DNA of 32,000 nucleotides from Pirellula staleyi DSM 6068 (GCA_000025185.1 CP001848.1:1770001-1802000), one strand, 5' to 3'; shown: positions 1 to 9,386, numbered from the stretch's first letter. Made by a program: numbers and translations. Notes: generated by a model not told the origin, from the letters alone.

Positions 1-927
1 CTCGGCTGCAGGTGGAATCGTCGGCATCGCTTCCGCTAGTGGCTCGAACTTCGGACGACCGAATTCGACGCTCGGCAGCGTGCGTGGCGCGGGGGTTTCG
101 AGCAGCTCAGTCGCACGTTCAGCCGCTTCGGCAAACGACGAGCGCGGAGCCGCTGCTGGTGTTTCCGTGGCGAGCGAGCGTGGTGTTTCAGCACTTGGAA
201 TCGGCTGTGGTGCAACTTCAGGCGTGTGCGGCGCGAGTGGACGCGGAGCATCGAGCTCTTGCATCCAGGGGCTTACGCTGCGCGAGGGAACCGCTGCAGC
301 TGTATCGCTCGCCGCGGCTGGATTTACAGCAGGAGCAACCGCCGCCGCGATCGGCTTGGGTGCCGCGAGCACTGGCTTGGCCGCGACAGGAATCGAAGCG
401 GGAGTCGGGAGCGTTTCACGCGTCTCGAGACCTGTGGCACCGGTTCCGACTACTTCGTCGGCCGCAGGAGTCGGGCGGAGCGCGGGTCGACTCGACTTCA
501 CGATCGGCGCGAGAGTCGGTGCTTGGCTAACGCCTGGCCGGCGCTGCATGTCCGACGCTTTCACGATCGGCGCGAGGACTGCTTCCGCTTGCGGCAGCGT
601 GGCCGGCTCGGCAGCAGTTGCCACGGTCGGCTTCAGCTTCGATGGGGTCGAGACCATCTTGGCCGGCGTCTTGGCCACAGCGGCTGGACTTGGTGTCGGC
701 GCGGGGGAGTTCTTTCGCGAACTGCTCGTGCTCGACGCCGTGTATGGATTGATGACCGGCGAGTTCTCGCTGGAATTCACTGGCGAATTCGAAGCGGGCC
801 GCAACTGGTTCTCAGCTCCGAAGAGGAGCGAACCTGTTAGGAAACTTCCTGCACACAGCGAAGCTGCGAGGACCCGTTTCCACCGCTGCGACATTCCGCC
901 GCGCCGCATCTCGAACGATCGCGACAT
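1..927 (-). CDS. Putative secreted Pro/Ala/Ser-rich protein, N-terminal part only (3' end runs off the left window edge)
   Basis: My own minus-strand translation from the ATG at 927-925 reads MSRSFEMRRGGMSQRWKRVLAASLCAGSFLTGSLLFGAENQ... and stays open for all 309 codons to position 1. A basic n-region and hydrophobic core resemble a signal peptide, followed by P/A/S/T-rich low-complexity sequence. It is absent from the ORF track because it has no in-window stop. In-frame alternative ATGs are at 909 and 894. No family recognised. Confidence 0.45.
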   Translation of the reverse strand, partial: MSRSFEMRRGGMSQRWKRVLAASLCAGSFLTGSLLFGAENQLRPASNSPVNSSENSPVINPYTASSTSSSRKNSPAPTPSPAAVAKTPAKMVSTPSKLKPTVATAAEPATLPQAEAVLAPIVKASDMQRRPGVSQAPTLAPIVKSSRPALRPTPAADEVVGTGATGLETRETLPTPASIPVAAKPVLAAPKPIAAAVAPAVNPAAASDTAAAVPSRSVSPWMQELDAPRPLAPHTPEVAPQPIPSAETPRSLATETPAAAPRSSFAEAAERATELLETPAPRTLPSVEFGRPKFEPLAEAMPTIPPAAE

Positions 928-1120
928 TGCCGTTCCCCCTGTCGTATTGATCTCGCCAGCGAGTGCCGCGGCGCTCGACACGGGCGAATTGTTCGCCGCG
1001 CCGCTCGCCCTCGCACTCACCATCGCACTACATCCCTGTTGATCATGAAGCGGGTGCCCGGCAACTCACGTCGCCGCTGATATCGCTTCCATCACCCGGC
1101 CCTGCCCTGCAACTCGCTTG

Positions 1121-1213
1121 CTCATCGCTGAGCCACGCACACAGGAGGCCGTTCATCGCTGAACGTCTCCTGCACGAGCCACTCATGTGCTGACCAGCTC
1201 ATCACTGAGCCAC
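1121..1213. repeat. Imperfect direct repeat in a long non-coding spacer
   Basis: CTCATCGCTGAGCCAC (1121-1136) and CTCATCACTGAGCCAC (1198-1213) match at 15 of 16 positions, 77 nt apart. Partial copies lie between them: TTCATCGCTGA at 1152-1162 and GAGCCACTC at 1176-1184. Confidence 0.5.
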
Positions 1214-1633
1214 TCGCAACTGAGAGCCTTGCGTCATCGAGCAGCCCTGGGGAAAGCAGCCTCCGAAGAGGCCCACTTCGTGCAGAGTCGAGGTATCGCT
1301 GACTACGTAGTCCAATCCCCACGCCACCAGCGCGACACCATCCGCCTGACTCTTCTTATCGCTCCCACCCTGCCCTCAACCTGAGAAAATATGCCGGTAA
1401 ATCCCACCGCACCGGTTCTTCCAATCCTCCCACCTGTGCCGCATGTGACTGATGCGCGGGGGATGCTGAAGTCTTGTGGGGGAGGCAATTTCGTCCAAAA
1501 AGGGCTCAGCAAGTAGAGCCCGGGAGGTCTGGCGAAAGTTTGACGCTGATAGCAGCGACTGGCGGAGCGCACTGAGCTCCCGATAACGAGGGGCAATCGC
1601 CCCGGGTGTTGCCGTGCATGAAGCGACGCGCAT

Positions 1634-1673
1634 AAAAAAACTCGCTAGCACCTTGAGAAAAAGTGCTAGCGAG
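1634..1673 (-). terminator. Rho-independent terminator of the uronate-isomerase-like gene
   Basis: Perfect 11-bp inverted repeat CTCGCTAGCAC (1641-1651) / GTGCTAGCGAG (1663-1673) with an 11-nt loop. On the minus strand it is followed directly by a U7 tract (A7 at 1634-1640 on plus). It lies 41 nt downstream of the stop at 1714-1716. Confidence 0.85.
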
Positions 1674-1713
1674 TTTGTAGCGTGTGCGAAGCGCCGAACC
1701 AATGATTCGGGGA

Positions 1714-4110
1714 CTACTTGTCGTCGTTTCCGAGGAAGTCGAACATCCCACCCGATGAACCGGCGTTCTTCGATTTGCTGTCGTCGTCGAGGTTCTCGAA
1801 CGAGATCTCACCGTCGTCAGCGGGCTCGAGGTTCATGTCCTCCAGGGTCAGCTCTTCGGCAGGTTCTTCGGTGATTTCGAGCTCGACTTCAGGCTCCTCG
1901 AAAGCTTCGAGCATCAAGGGCTCGTCATCCACGGGAGTTTCGGTAGCGGGAGGTTCAGGGGCTGGTGCTTCGGCCTCTTCGACCGTCTCGAGCATGCCGA
2001 ATTGCATGTCGTCAGCTGCGAGTGGAACCTCTTCCTCCACCGCTTCCATGAGTGGCTCGTCGCCCAACTGCATCTCGGTGAGCTCGAGGGTCTCTTCAGC
2101 AGGCGCGAGTTCTTCGCTCGAGAGTTCAGCACCAAGTTCGGCCGGGGTCAGCTCGACTTCATCGGATTTGGTAAAGTCGCCGAAGCTGAAAGGCTGCGTA
2201 GCACGCGAGGCTTCATCGCTCGAGCTGTCGAGGTTCCAAGGGGATGCTTCGGCGGGGGCCTCTTCGATCGACATCTCGGTGGCACCAAATTCCTCGGCCA
2301 TCAATTCTTGGGGAGGGAGTTCAGCAACCGGTTCTTCGGTGGTGAAGTCGTCGAGCTTAAACTCGGCCTCTTGTACTTCTTCGAGTGGCGTCTCGGGCAC
2401 CGCTTCCACCGAATCGAGAGCGGGGAACTCTTCGCTCGAGGGTGTCAGGCTAAAAGGCTCGTTCGATTCAGCCGGGGTGTTGAACCAGTTCTGTTCGTCG
2501 ACCGAGGGCTGATCGGCTGCGGGGATTCCGAAGTTGCCGATACCCCCGGCTTGCTCGACCGGAACATCGTCGTCAGGGAGGAGTGCAAAGCCTTCGCCGT
2601 CGTCGGCGGGAGGGGTCATCACCGGCTCGCCGGTGAAGCTTGCTGCGCCCCAAGCGGCGCCGGTGGTAGCGATCGCGGCACCAGCAGCGAGTGGAGCAAT
2701 TGGGAAATCACTCTCGTCTTGCGGTGGCTGAACGACGAGCAATTCTGGCGGCTGCAGGCTTGGATTCACCAGCGATTTGTCGTTCCAAGGTGGATCGATC
2801 CCTTCGAGGTCGGCTGCTGGGTCTTCACCAAAGCGGAAAATGTCTTCGACATTCCCTCGCAGCAGCTGCGTGCCGAGAGCAACGGCCCGCTCTTCGCTCC
2901 AGCCGCGATCGATCACATACCGTTCGGCCAAAACCTTGGCGAGACAACGCTTGTACATCGCGAACTTCGGCAAACCGAATTCAAGCTTGTACATATCGCT
3001 GTAATAGCCAATTTGTTTGGTGCGTGGAACGGCTTCCAAGCGTGCCGACAGATCGTGCTCGATGTAGGTCGGTGTGTTGCTATACCACCAATGGCCGCTG
3101 GTGATCACGTTCGGGAAGATCCAGGCGTAGCTGACGAGTTCTTGATTCGTCACGCTCGCCAGCACCGAGACGGGGAACTTCACTTGCGGGAAGCTGTTGA
3201 AGAGTTCTTTGTACTGGATCAGCGAAACGCGGCTGTCGTACAAATCGCGTCCCTGGTGTACGCCGGCGGGATAGACCGCGCGGTTGACGCCAATCATCAG
3301 ATCGAATGGCAGTTTGTACTGCGCGCACATGTCGGCGAGGGTCCAGAAGACGAAACTCGACGCCGCTTTGCGATGCGCTTCAGCGGCAGCAGTGCCATCT
3401 TTCAGAATCGCGTCGATCGCGGTCCGTGCGCGACCTTCCGAGACAGGGGCTGGGCTGAAATCGGGTGGCAGCGAGATGGCGCACGCGCGAGCGTTTTTCG
3501 ATTTGAAGTTGTAGAACAGCGTGGCGATCGCTTGCCGCAGCGTGCTGACATTGGTCACGCTGCACTGGGTCGCTTTCTCGAGTCGCTCGCGCACAGCGGG
3601 CTTGGCGAGATGGAACACCAGGTCGTCGGTCCGCAGGCAAGGGATGTACTTCGTAGTGTCGAAGCCTTCGAGCGCGTCGTCGAAATCGTTGGTCAGGAAG
3701 ACCGCTTCGAGCTTGCTCTTCTCGAGCACCGTGTCGATGTAACCTGGTGCTCCCATTTGCGACTCGGCCGAGTCGTAGAGCGTTTCCCAGTTACTGGCGT
3801 CGACGAAGTCGGCTTCGTGACCAAACAGCTTTTGCGACAGCTCGATGAACCAGCTCCACTGAATCGTGTTCTCGATCGGTCCGAGATTCTCGATCAGCAG
3901 CTGCACTTTTTCTTTCGCGGTGATCAAAGGATCTTCGATCCGCTCGCGCGCAAGTCCTGCGGAGTGGGCCAGTTCTGTGTAGTAGTGATAGCCGAGGATG
4001 TCGGCCAAAGTGTGCGAGGCGGGATTGGTCGCCTCGATGTGGGTGTGCGGATCAATCAGCACCAGGGAGTCGAGTTGGTCGAACAGCCTTTTGCGGAGTT
4101 CTTGCGACAT
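1714..4110 (-). CDS. Uronate (glucuronate) isomerase-like amidohydrolase-fold protein with a long acidic C-terminal extension
   Basis: Track ORF 1714..4236, with the start moved to the ATG at 4110 (MSQELRKRLFDQLDSLVLIDPHTHIE). The pattern resembles UxaC: DPHTHIE vs DYHCH, SGHWWYSN vs SGWWFND, and YSDMYKLEF...YKRCLAKVL vs [21 protein letters not shown]. The last ~330 aa are E/D/P-rich low complexity. Confidence 0.8.
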   Translation of the reverse strand: MSQELRKRLFDQLDSLVLIDPHTHIEATNPASHTLADILGYHYYTELAHSAGLARERIEDPLITAKEKVQLLIENLGPIENTIQWSWFIELSQKLFGHEADFVDASNWETLYDSAESQMGAPGYIDTVLEKSKLEAVFLTNDFDDALEGFDTTKYIPCLRTDDLVFHLAKPAVRERLEKATQCSVTNVSTLRQAIATLFYNFKSKNARACAISLPPDFSPAPVSEGRARTAIDAILKDGTAAAEAHRKAASSFVFWTLADMCAQYKLPFDLMIGVNRAVYPAGVHQGRDLYDSRVSLIQYKELFNSFPQVKFPVSVLASVTNQELVSYAWIFPNVITSGHWWYSNTPTYIEHDLSARLEAVPRTKQIGYYSDMYKLEFGLPKFAMYKRCLAKVLAERYVIDRGWSEERAVALGTQLLRGNVEDIFRFGEDPAADLEGIDPPWNDKSLVNPSLQPPELLVVQPPQDESDFPIAPLAAGAAIATTGAAWGAASFTGEPVMTPPADDGEGFALLPDDDVPVEQAGGIGNFGIPAADQPSVDEQNWFNTPAESNEPFSLTPSSEEFPALDSVEAVPETPLEEVQEAEFKLDDFTTEEPVAELPPQELMAEEFGATEMSIEEAPAEASPWNLDSSSDEASRATQPFSFGDFTKSDEVELTPAELGAELSSEELAPAEETLELTEMQLGDEPLMEAVEEEVPLAADDMQFGMLETVEEAEAPAPEPPATETPVDDEPLMLEAFEEPEVELEITEEPAEELTLEDMNLEPADDGEISFENLDDDSKSKNAGSSGGMFDFLGNDDK

Positions 4111-4388
4111 GATCGGAGGGGCCTGCAGAAGGTCCTGGGAGTAACTTGTCTCGCCGCGGAAACGCGGGCGATGGACGAATCTTGCCAGCGTAGTCTGGCG
4201 ACAGTCGGGAGCCAAGAAAAGTGCGCAATCCACCATCGCCGAAAACAGTCGCCCGAGGGGCGAAGCAACCGCGACAGATTCCCTAGACTACCACGGCGCA
4301 CAGGCGATTGTTAGTCACTTCGAGCTGGTTTTTCGTGGTCGATTCGTGGGCCTTGAGCGCCGGTTGTAGCGATTGACGGGCTTCTCTG

Positions 4389-4421
<33 letters not shown>

Positions 4422-4501
4422 CTGTGAACTGCGAGGTTGCGACGAACTGCAGCATGCTCCTGCTGCTTACGCGACATGAGCATGGCACCCCGGCAATAAA
4501 C

Positions 4502-4987
4502 CTAGGGAGCTGGATAGCTTATTTCGTCTTGGGTGTACTCTGCGATTACCGTTTCCGACTCATCATAATTTAATGCACGTCGATTTCTGTGAACGAGAAC
4601 CACTGAGATGGTGCCATCTTCGTTGAAGCAGATATGGATTTCCCCTTCTCCGCTGGTGAGGTCTAGTTTGCCAACAACGGCATCTCGAAGTTTGAGTATC
4701 CGTTTCCTTGACACCCCTTCGCCATCGGTCCATTTCAAGAGTGCTTCTTTCGGGAGTTCCTCGGGGATTCGTGAGTGACCAGAGCTACCGCCCACACCCT
4801 TCAACGAGCCGGATGCGACCGCCACGAAATCGCTGCCGTCGATATGTGTCAACTCAACATGCTCCATATCCTTCGACATTCGGTTGATGTGTTTAACCCT
4901 GTAATTCAGCCGTGGAGGACCGCAGCCGAAGACTGCGCACATTGCCATGCAGCCTAGAACCAGCAAGGCAGTTTGTGCGTGTTTCAT
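4502..4987 (-). CDS. Hypothetical small lipoprotein
   Basis: Track ORF 4502..4993 begins at a TTG; the ATG at 4987 gives MKHAQTALLVLGCMAMCAVFGCGPP. That is a signal peptide with two possible lipobox cysteines (LVLGC, AVFGC). No family recognised. GC is lower than the flanks. Confidence 0.55.
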   Translation of the reverse strand: MKHAQTALLVLGCMAMCAVFGCGPPRLNYRVKHINRMSKDMEHVELTHIDGSDFVAVASGSLKGVGGSSGHSRIPEELPKEALLKWTDGEGVSRKRILKLRDAVVGKLDLTSGEGEIHICFNEDGTISVVLVHRNRRALNYDESETVIAEYTQDEISYPAP

Positions 4988-5239
4988 GGCCAAATCATTT
5001 CAAGGAGGAGCCGTAGGGCGGGTGCCTGCAAGCAGCCCGACGATGCCCCGGGTAGCTATCCTGCAATAGCGCCATTGCTTGGAGTATTTCGAGCACTTCT
5101 TGCTCGACGATTGTCTACTTTTCAAAAATGGCAAAAGCCTACTCCCGTGAGGTTCCCTGCGGGTACCTCACCTACTGACTAAAACAGCGCACGAGATGAC
5201 TAGGCCCTCTAAGAAGATTCGCCCGGAACTGATGTTCTT

Positions 5240-5270
5240 CACCTACCAGTAGGGAGGTGGTCGTTTTTTT
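5240..5270 (+). terminator. Terminator-like hairpin plus T7 tract, oriented for plus-strand transcription
   Basis: CACCTACC (5240-5247) pairs with GGGAGGTG (5252-5259): 7 bp plus one A.G mismatch, loop AGTA. Then GTCG and T7 (5264-5270). The T tract overlaps the TAA stop of the minus-strand membrane-protein gene. On the minus strand the hairpin has no U tract. Confidence 0.4.
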
Positions 5271-6306
5271 AGGGTGAGCTGTGTTGCAGCTTGGGGCTGG
5301 GAGGGGGATCGGCCAGGGAGGCGACGATGGGGATCGCGGATTCAGCGTCGCTCGGAGCAAACTGCGGGAGTGATGCCGCCGGAGCGCGGCGGCGACGGAT
5401 GGCACTGTCGTAGAGCCGGACGAGCCACGAACTGCCACCGACGATCAGCGAACTGCAGAGTACGATTCGCCCCTCGCGTGGGAAGGTGCGCCAGACGCCA
5501 GCATAGAAGCTGACCAGATCGCTCGACCGGCAGTAGCGGTCGACGAGCAGCGCCGGAATCACCCCCACGACGATGATCAGCAGCAGCTGTGCGACGAGCG
5601 CAGTGCGGGTCCGCACAGGAACGATCGCTACGAGCATCGCGAGGCTGGTGGGAATGGCGGCCAGTTGCATCGCTCGGCTGTACGGGGTGGCCCGCTGGAT
5701 CGACATCATCCACCAGCGACTTCCGAGGACTTCGAACCAGCCCTCGTGGGGCTCGGCGGCAATGGCGGTGAGCACCAGCGCCACGGCAAGATTCCACAGC
5801 AGAATGTCTTGGAAGCGAAACTGAAAAAAGTGATGCGTGGTGGCGGCAATGGGTTCGGCGAGGGGCGCTTGCGTCCTCCGCTCGCGCCACCAGAAGACCA
5901 GCTTGGCGATCACCAGCGGGACCAGCATCACGCCGACAATCACCGGCGCTTTGAGGAGCAGATCGCCCGGCCCTGTGGGGCGAAAGTAGTAGCCGAAATC
6001 GCTGACGAGCCAGGCCTCGCCCATCGACGGTTTGTAGTAGCCGGGGAAGTGAAACGCCGAGAAGATCGTAAAGATCCAGCTGAGCGAAATTACTGTCCCC
6101 AGGAGTCGCCAGAGGAGCGGCTCGCGTCCCAGAACGACCCAGGCAACCAGCAGCGCGAGCTGTGCGCGGGGAAGGGAGGTGGCCAGGAAATCGGTGAAGC
6201 TGGGAGCGATTTCCAAACAGCGGTAGAGCGCGACCGCCAGATCGGCGAGTCCGTGCACCAGGAACAGCCACGCCAGGACAAACAGTCGTCGGTTGCGTCG
6301 ATCCAT
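5269..6306 (-). CDS. Hypothetical polytopic membrane protein
   Basis: Track ORF 5269..6333 begins at a TTG; the ATG at 6306 gives MDRRNRRLFVLAWLFLVHGLADLAV.... There are multiple long hydrophobic segments (about 8), for example LALLVAWVVLG, VISLSWIFTIFSAF, VIVGVMLVPLVIAKLVFWW and LLLIIVVGVIPALLV. No family recognised. Confidence 0.6.
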   Translation of the reverse strand: MDRRNRRLFVLAWLFLVHGLADLAVALYRCLEIAPSFTDFLATSLPRAQLALLVAWVVLGREPLLWRLLGTVISLSWIFTIFSAFHFPGYYKPSMGEAWLVSDFGYYFRPTGPGDLLLKAPVIVGVMLVPLVIAKLVFWWRERRTQAPLAEPIAATTHHFFQFRFQDILLWNLAVALVLTAIAAEPHEGWFEVLGSRWWMMSIQRATPYSRAMQLAAIPTSLAMLVAIVPVRTRTALVAQLLLIIVVGVIPALLVDRYCRSSDLVSFYAGVWRTFPREGRIVLCSSLIVGGSSWLVRLYDSAIRRRRAPAASLPQFAPSDAESAIPIVASLADPPPSPKLQHSSP

Positions 6307-6864
6307 ACGAGGAAGCCCGCGCGAGGGAGGCAAGTCATCTGCCCAAGGAATGACCTACCGCAAGGTGCGCTAGTATGACCACTGGTCGCTGGCCGAGGAA
6401 ACTACCCGCGCTCTGATTTCTAACGCCTTGTAACTAGGTGGCCTGGTTTCTCGGGGCTCCAAGTATTGAAAGGCCTGGGGAGAGGTGACGGTTCGTAAAG
6501 GATGCTCGTTTTCGCACACGACGTGCATGGATTAAGTGCTAATAGCCGTTTTTTAGTGCCAAGCGGTGCATGTTGCAAATTCGAGTACGGAAACGCGCAC
6601 CTGTGGGCAATCTGGAAAAAATTTGCGGTCGAGCTCCTTTCAGGAATGCCGATGGGCTGTTGTTAGAACGTCGTCTAGCAGGGAATGGATTCGATCGTTT
6701 TGAACGCTTTGCCAAGGCCTCCCCTGCAGCGACCCCAATCACCACCGAAGCACCACCACGATTCACGAGGAACCTGCCCATCCTCGAGGACCTTGCGGTG
6801 CGTCCGACGATTTCGTTGGCGCAGCGTTTTGATCCTTGAAGTTTGAAGGGGAGATCATCCTACG

Positions 6865-9348
6865 ATGGGATCGCCAGATCGCTTCGCCAACGCGGAGTTT
6901 CATACCGAGCCGAGTGTAGTCACTCGCGCTTTGGAAGCTTCGTTGTCGACGGTCGATAGCCTGCTCGATGCGCTGTCGATGCACATTGCAGTGATCGATT
7001 CCCAAGGAGTTGTGCTCGGCGTGAATCAAGCCTGGCGCAAGTTTGGCCGCGAGAATGGGATTCGGGCGACGTTCAATCCGGTGGGGAGCAACTATTTTGA
7101 GATCTGCCAGTGCGCGGCCAGCAGCGGCGCGTACGAGGCGGCTGATGTCGCCGCGCAAGTGCGCGAAGTCGCCAAAGCGCATCGGGCCGAATTCACCCAC
7201 GAATATCCGTGCAACTCACCGACCGAGCAGCGCTGGTTTCGTTTGCGCGCTGCGCCTTATATCTGGAACAATCGACGCGTGGTGGTGATTGCGCACGACA
7301 ACATCACCCCGCAAAAAATGGCCGAGATGCAGGCCCGGAAAAACGAACTCGCGCTGCGGGCTGTTCTCGAGTCGGCTGTCGATTCCATCATCTCGATCGA
7401 CGAGCATGGGATCATCACCAGCTACAATCCGGCCGCCGAGCGGATGTTTGGTTATGGCCCTAAAGAGCTGCTAGGGTGCAACGTCTCAAGCCTCATGCCG
7501 AGTCCCGATCGAGAACGTCACGACGGTTATCTGCGGCGTTATTTGGCGACCGGTATTCCGCGCATTATTGGCTTTGGTCGCGAAGCCACTGGCCAGCGTA
7601 AAGATGGCAGCACCTTCCCGATAGACCTCTCGGTCGGCGAAGTGCTGTACGAAGGGCGACGTGCTTTCACCGGCATTGTCCGCGATATCTCCGAGCGCAA
7701 AGCGACCGAGCATGCGCTTGCTACCTCGCTCAAGCAGCGCGAGGCGCTCCTCTCGGCAGCGAGTGAAGTTTCGATCATCGCCACCGATATGCATGGTGTC
7801 ATCACAACCTTCAATCGTGGGGCCGAGCAGATGCTTGGCTACTCGGCCGATGAAATGGTCGGCGTGGCCTCACCTGCCGTGGTGCATTTGCATAGCGAAG
7901 TCCTGGCCCGATCGCGCGAACTAACGAAAGAATTAGGCTATCCGGTAGAAGGATTTCGGACGTTCGTCGAACTCGCCGAGCGCGATGGCTTCGAGCATCG
8001 CGAGTGGACCTACATACGTCGCGATGGAAGTCAGCTGCTGGTGAATCTAGTGGTCACCTGCGTGCGTGATATCGATGGTCAGGTGATTGGTTACCTGGGT
8101 GTCGCCGTCGATGTGACCGAGTGGAAGCAGAGCGAGCGCGAGCTAAAGCTGGCAAAGATTGCTGCCGAAGCAGCCAATCATGCGAAGAGCGAGTTCCTGG
8201 CCAACATGAGCCACGAACTACGGACCCCGATGACAGCGATCCTGGGCTTCGTCGATATCGTCGCTGAGAATGTCTCGAGCAATCCGCAGTTGATCGATGC
8301 CGCCGCGACGATCAAGCGCAATGGCGAGCATCTGATGGGACTGCTCAACGATATTCTCGATCTCTCGAAGATCGAAGCGGGGCGTCTCGAAGTGCAAAAG
8401 CACTCGTGTAATGTCCGCGCTTTGACCGCCGATGTGATTCAGCTGATGCGTGTCCGGAGCGATGCCAAGGGGCTCGAGCTGTCGATCGAATTTCAGGGAG
8501 CCATTCCCGAGACGATCGAAACCGATTCGACCCGCTTGCGTCAAATCCTGATCAACCTGATTGGCAACGCCATCAAGTTCACCGAGAACGGTCGGGTGCA
8601 GATCCTGGTGCGACTCGAGCGTCGTGGGACACCGATGCTCGAGTTCGAGATTCGCGACACCGGAATCGGCATCACCCCCGAGCAGATGACCAAGCTCTTC
8701 CGCCCCTTTACGCAGGTCGATACGAGCCTGACACGCAAATTTGGTGGCACCGGCCTCGGCTTAACGATCAGCAAGCGGCTCGCCGAAATCTTGGGGGGAA
8801 CGATCACCGTTTCGAGCAAGGCGGGAGAAGGGAGCAGCTTTTTGCTCCGCATTGCCGCCGGGCCGCTCGCGACGCTGAAGCTCACCAGTGTCGACGGGGC
8901 TGCGATCAGCGTGCCTGCTCCACAAGCTGCTAAGCCGTCGGTTCTCGCTTCGCTACCCAAGATCAGCTGCTCGATCTTGCTTGCCGAAGATGGCCCCGAC
9001 AATCAGCGGCTGATCTCGTTCCTGCTCACCAAGGCAGGTGCCAGCGTGGAACTGGTCGACAACGGTGAGAAGGCACTGCAGCGTGCACTGGAAGGAGCGT
9101 TCGACATCGTGCTGATGGATATGCAGATGCCGGTGATGGATGGCTATGAAGCAACGAGACAGCTGCGCTCCGCAGGCTATGCTCAGCCGATCGTGGCGCT
9201 CACCGCCCATGCCATGGCCGGAGATCGTCAGAAATGTATCGAAGCGGGCTGCACCGAATATGCCACGAAGCCGATCGATCGTGCTCAGCTGATCGGCTTG
9301 ATTGCTCGCTTAACCGCGGCGCAATCAGCCAGCGACTACTTGCTTTAA
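6865..9348 (+). CDS. Cytoplasmic hybrid sensor histidine kinase (3 PAS-like domains, HisKA, HATPase_c, C-terminal receiver)
   Basis: H-box SHELRTPMTAILGF. ATPase boxes NLIGNAIKFT, DTGIGI and GGTGLGLTISKRL. Receiver domain LLAEDGPDNQ...DIVLMDMQMPVMDG...ALTAHAM...KPI. PAS-like segments carry the typical DISERK and VDVTEWK linkers. No TM segment. SD-like GAAGGGGAG lies upstream of the ATG. Confidence 0.95.
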   Translation: MGSPDRFANAEFHTEPSVVTRALEASLSTVDSLLDALSMHIAVIDSQGVVLGVNQAWRKFGRENGIRATFNPVGSNYFEICQCAASSGAYEAADVAAQVREVAKAHRAEFTHEYPCNSPTEQRWFRLRAAPYIWNNRRVVVIAHDNITPQKMAEMQARKNELALRAVLESAVDSIISIDEHGIITSYNPAAERMFGYGPKELLGCNVSSLMPSPDRERHDGYLRRYLATGIPRIIGFGREATGQRKDGSTFPIDLSVGEVLYEGRRAFTGIVRDISERKATEHALATSLKQREALLSAASEVSIIATDMHGVITTFNRGAEQMLGYSADEMVGVASPAVVHLHSEVLARSRELTKELGYPVEGFRTFVELAERDGFEHREWTYIRRDGSQLLVNLVVTCVRDIDGQVIGYLGVAVDVTEWKQSERELKLAKIAAEAANHAKSEFLANMSHELRTPMTAILGFVDIVAENVSSNPQLIDAAATIKRNGEHLMGLLNDILDLSKIEAGRLEVQKHSCNVRALTADVIQLMRVRSDAKGLELSIEFQGAIPETIETDSTRLRQILINLIGNAIKFTENGRVQILVRLERRGTPMLEFEIRDTGIGITPEQMTKLFRPFTQVDTSLTRKFGGTGLGLTISKRLAEILGGTITVSSKAGEGSSFLLRIAAGPLATLKLTSVDGAAISVPAPQAAKPSVLASLPKISCSILLAEDGPDNQRLISFLLTKAGASVELVDNGEKALQRALEGAFDIVLMDMQMPVMDGYEATRQLRSAGYAQPIVALTAHAMAGDRQKCIEAGCTEYATKPIDRAQLIGLIARLTAAQSASDYLL

Positions 9349-9386
9349 AGGGTCGGTCTTTTACCGCTAGTTATCTGACCGGTTCA

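Noticed and set aside
80-1042. 320-aa plus-strand ORF (also 12..530 and 226..840)
   Set aside because: These are Ala/Gly/Ser/Arg-rich sequences without signal or domain features. The minus-strand frame is open over the same span and begins with a plausible signal peptide, so I prefer the minus-strand call, though with only moderate confidence.
1718-2512. 264-aa Ser-rich plus-strand ORF
   Set aside because: It is the antisense reading of the acidic GAA/GAG/GAC-rich tail, so complementary codons give a Ser/Ser/Val bias. No start context or domain.
2002-4314. 770-aa plus-strand ORF covering almost the whole uronate-isomerase-like gene
   Set aside because: It is antisense to a frame with clear family motifs. 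Its translation is Arg/Gly/Val-rich with no recognisable domain, which is the typical shadow ORF of a high-GC gene.
4973-5182. 69-aa plus-strand ORF between the lipoprotein and membrane-protein genes
   Set aside because: It starts inside the lipoprotein gene on the opposite strand, contains the SD-like motif internally rather than upstream, and has no recognisable features. The region is instead flagged as a possible sRNA or micro-ORF unit.
5342-6271. 309-aa Arg/Pro/Ala-rich minus-strand ORF in another frame of the membrane-protein gene
   Set aside because: It is an alternative-frame artefact. The 5269..6306 frame gives coherent transmembrane segments, and this one gives none.
6763-7200. 145-aa minus-strand ORF overlapping the histidine kinase start
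   Set aside because: It overlaps a well-supported plus-strand gene and has no motifs or start context.
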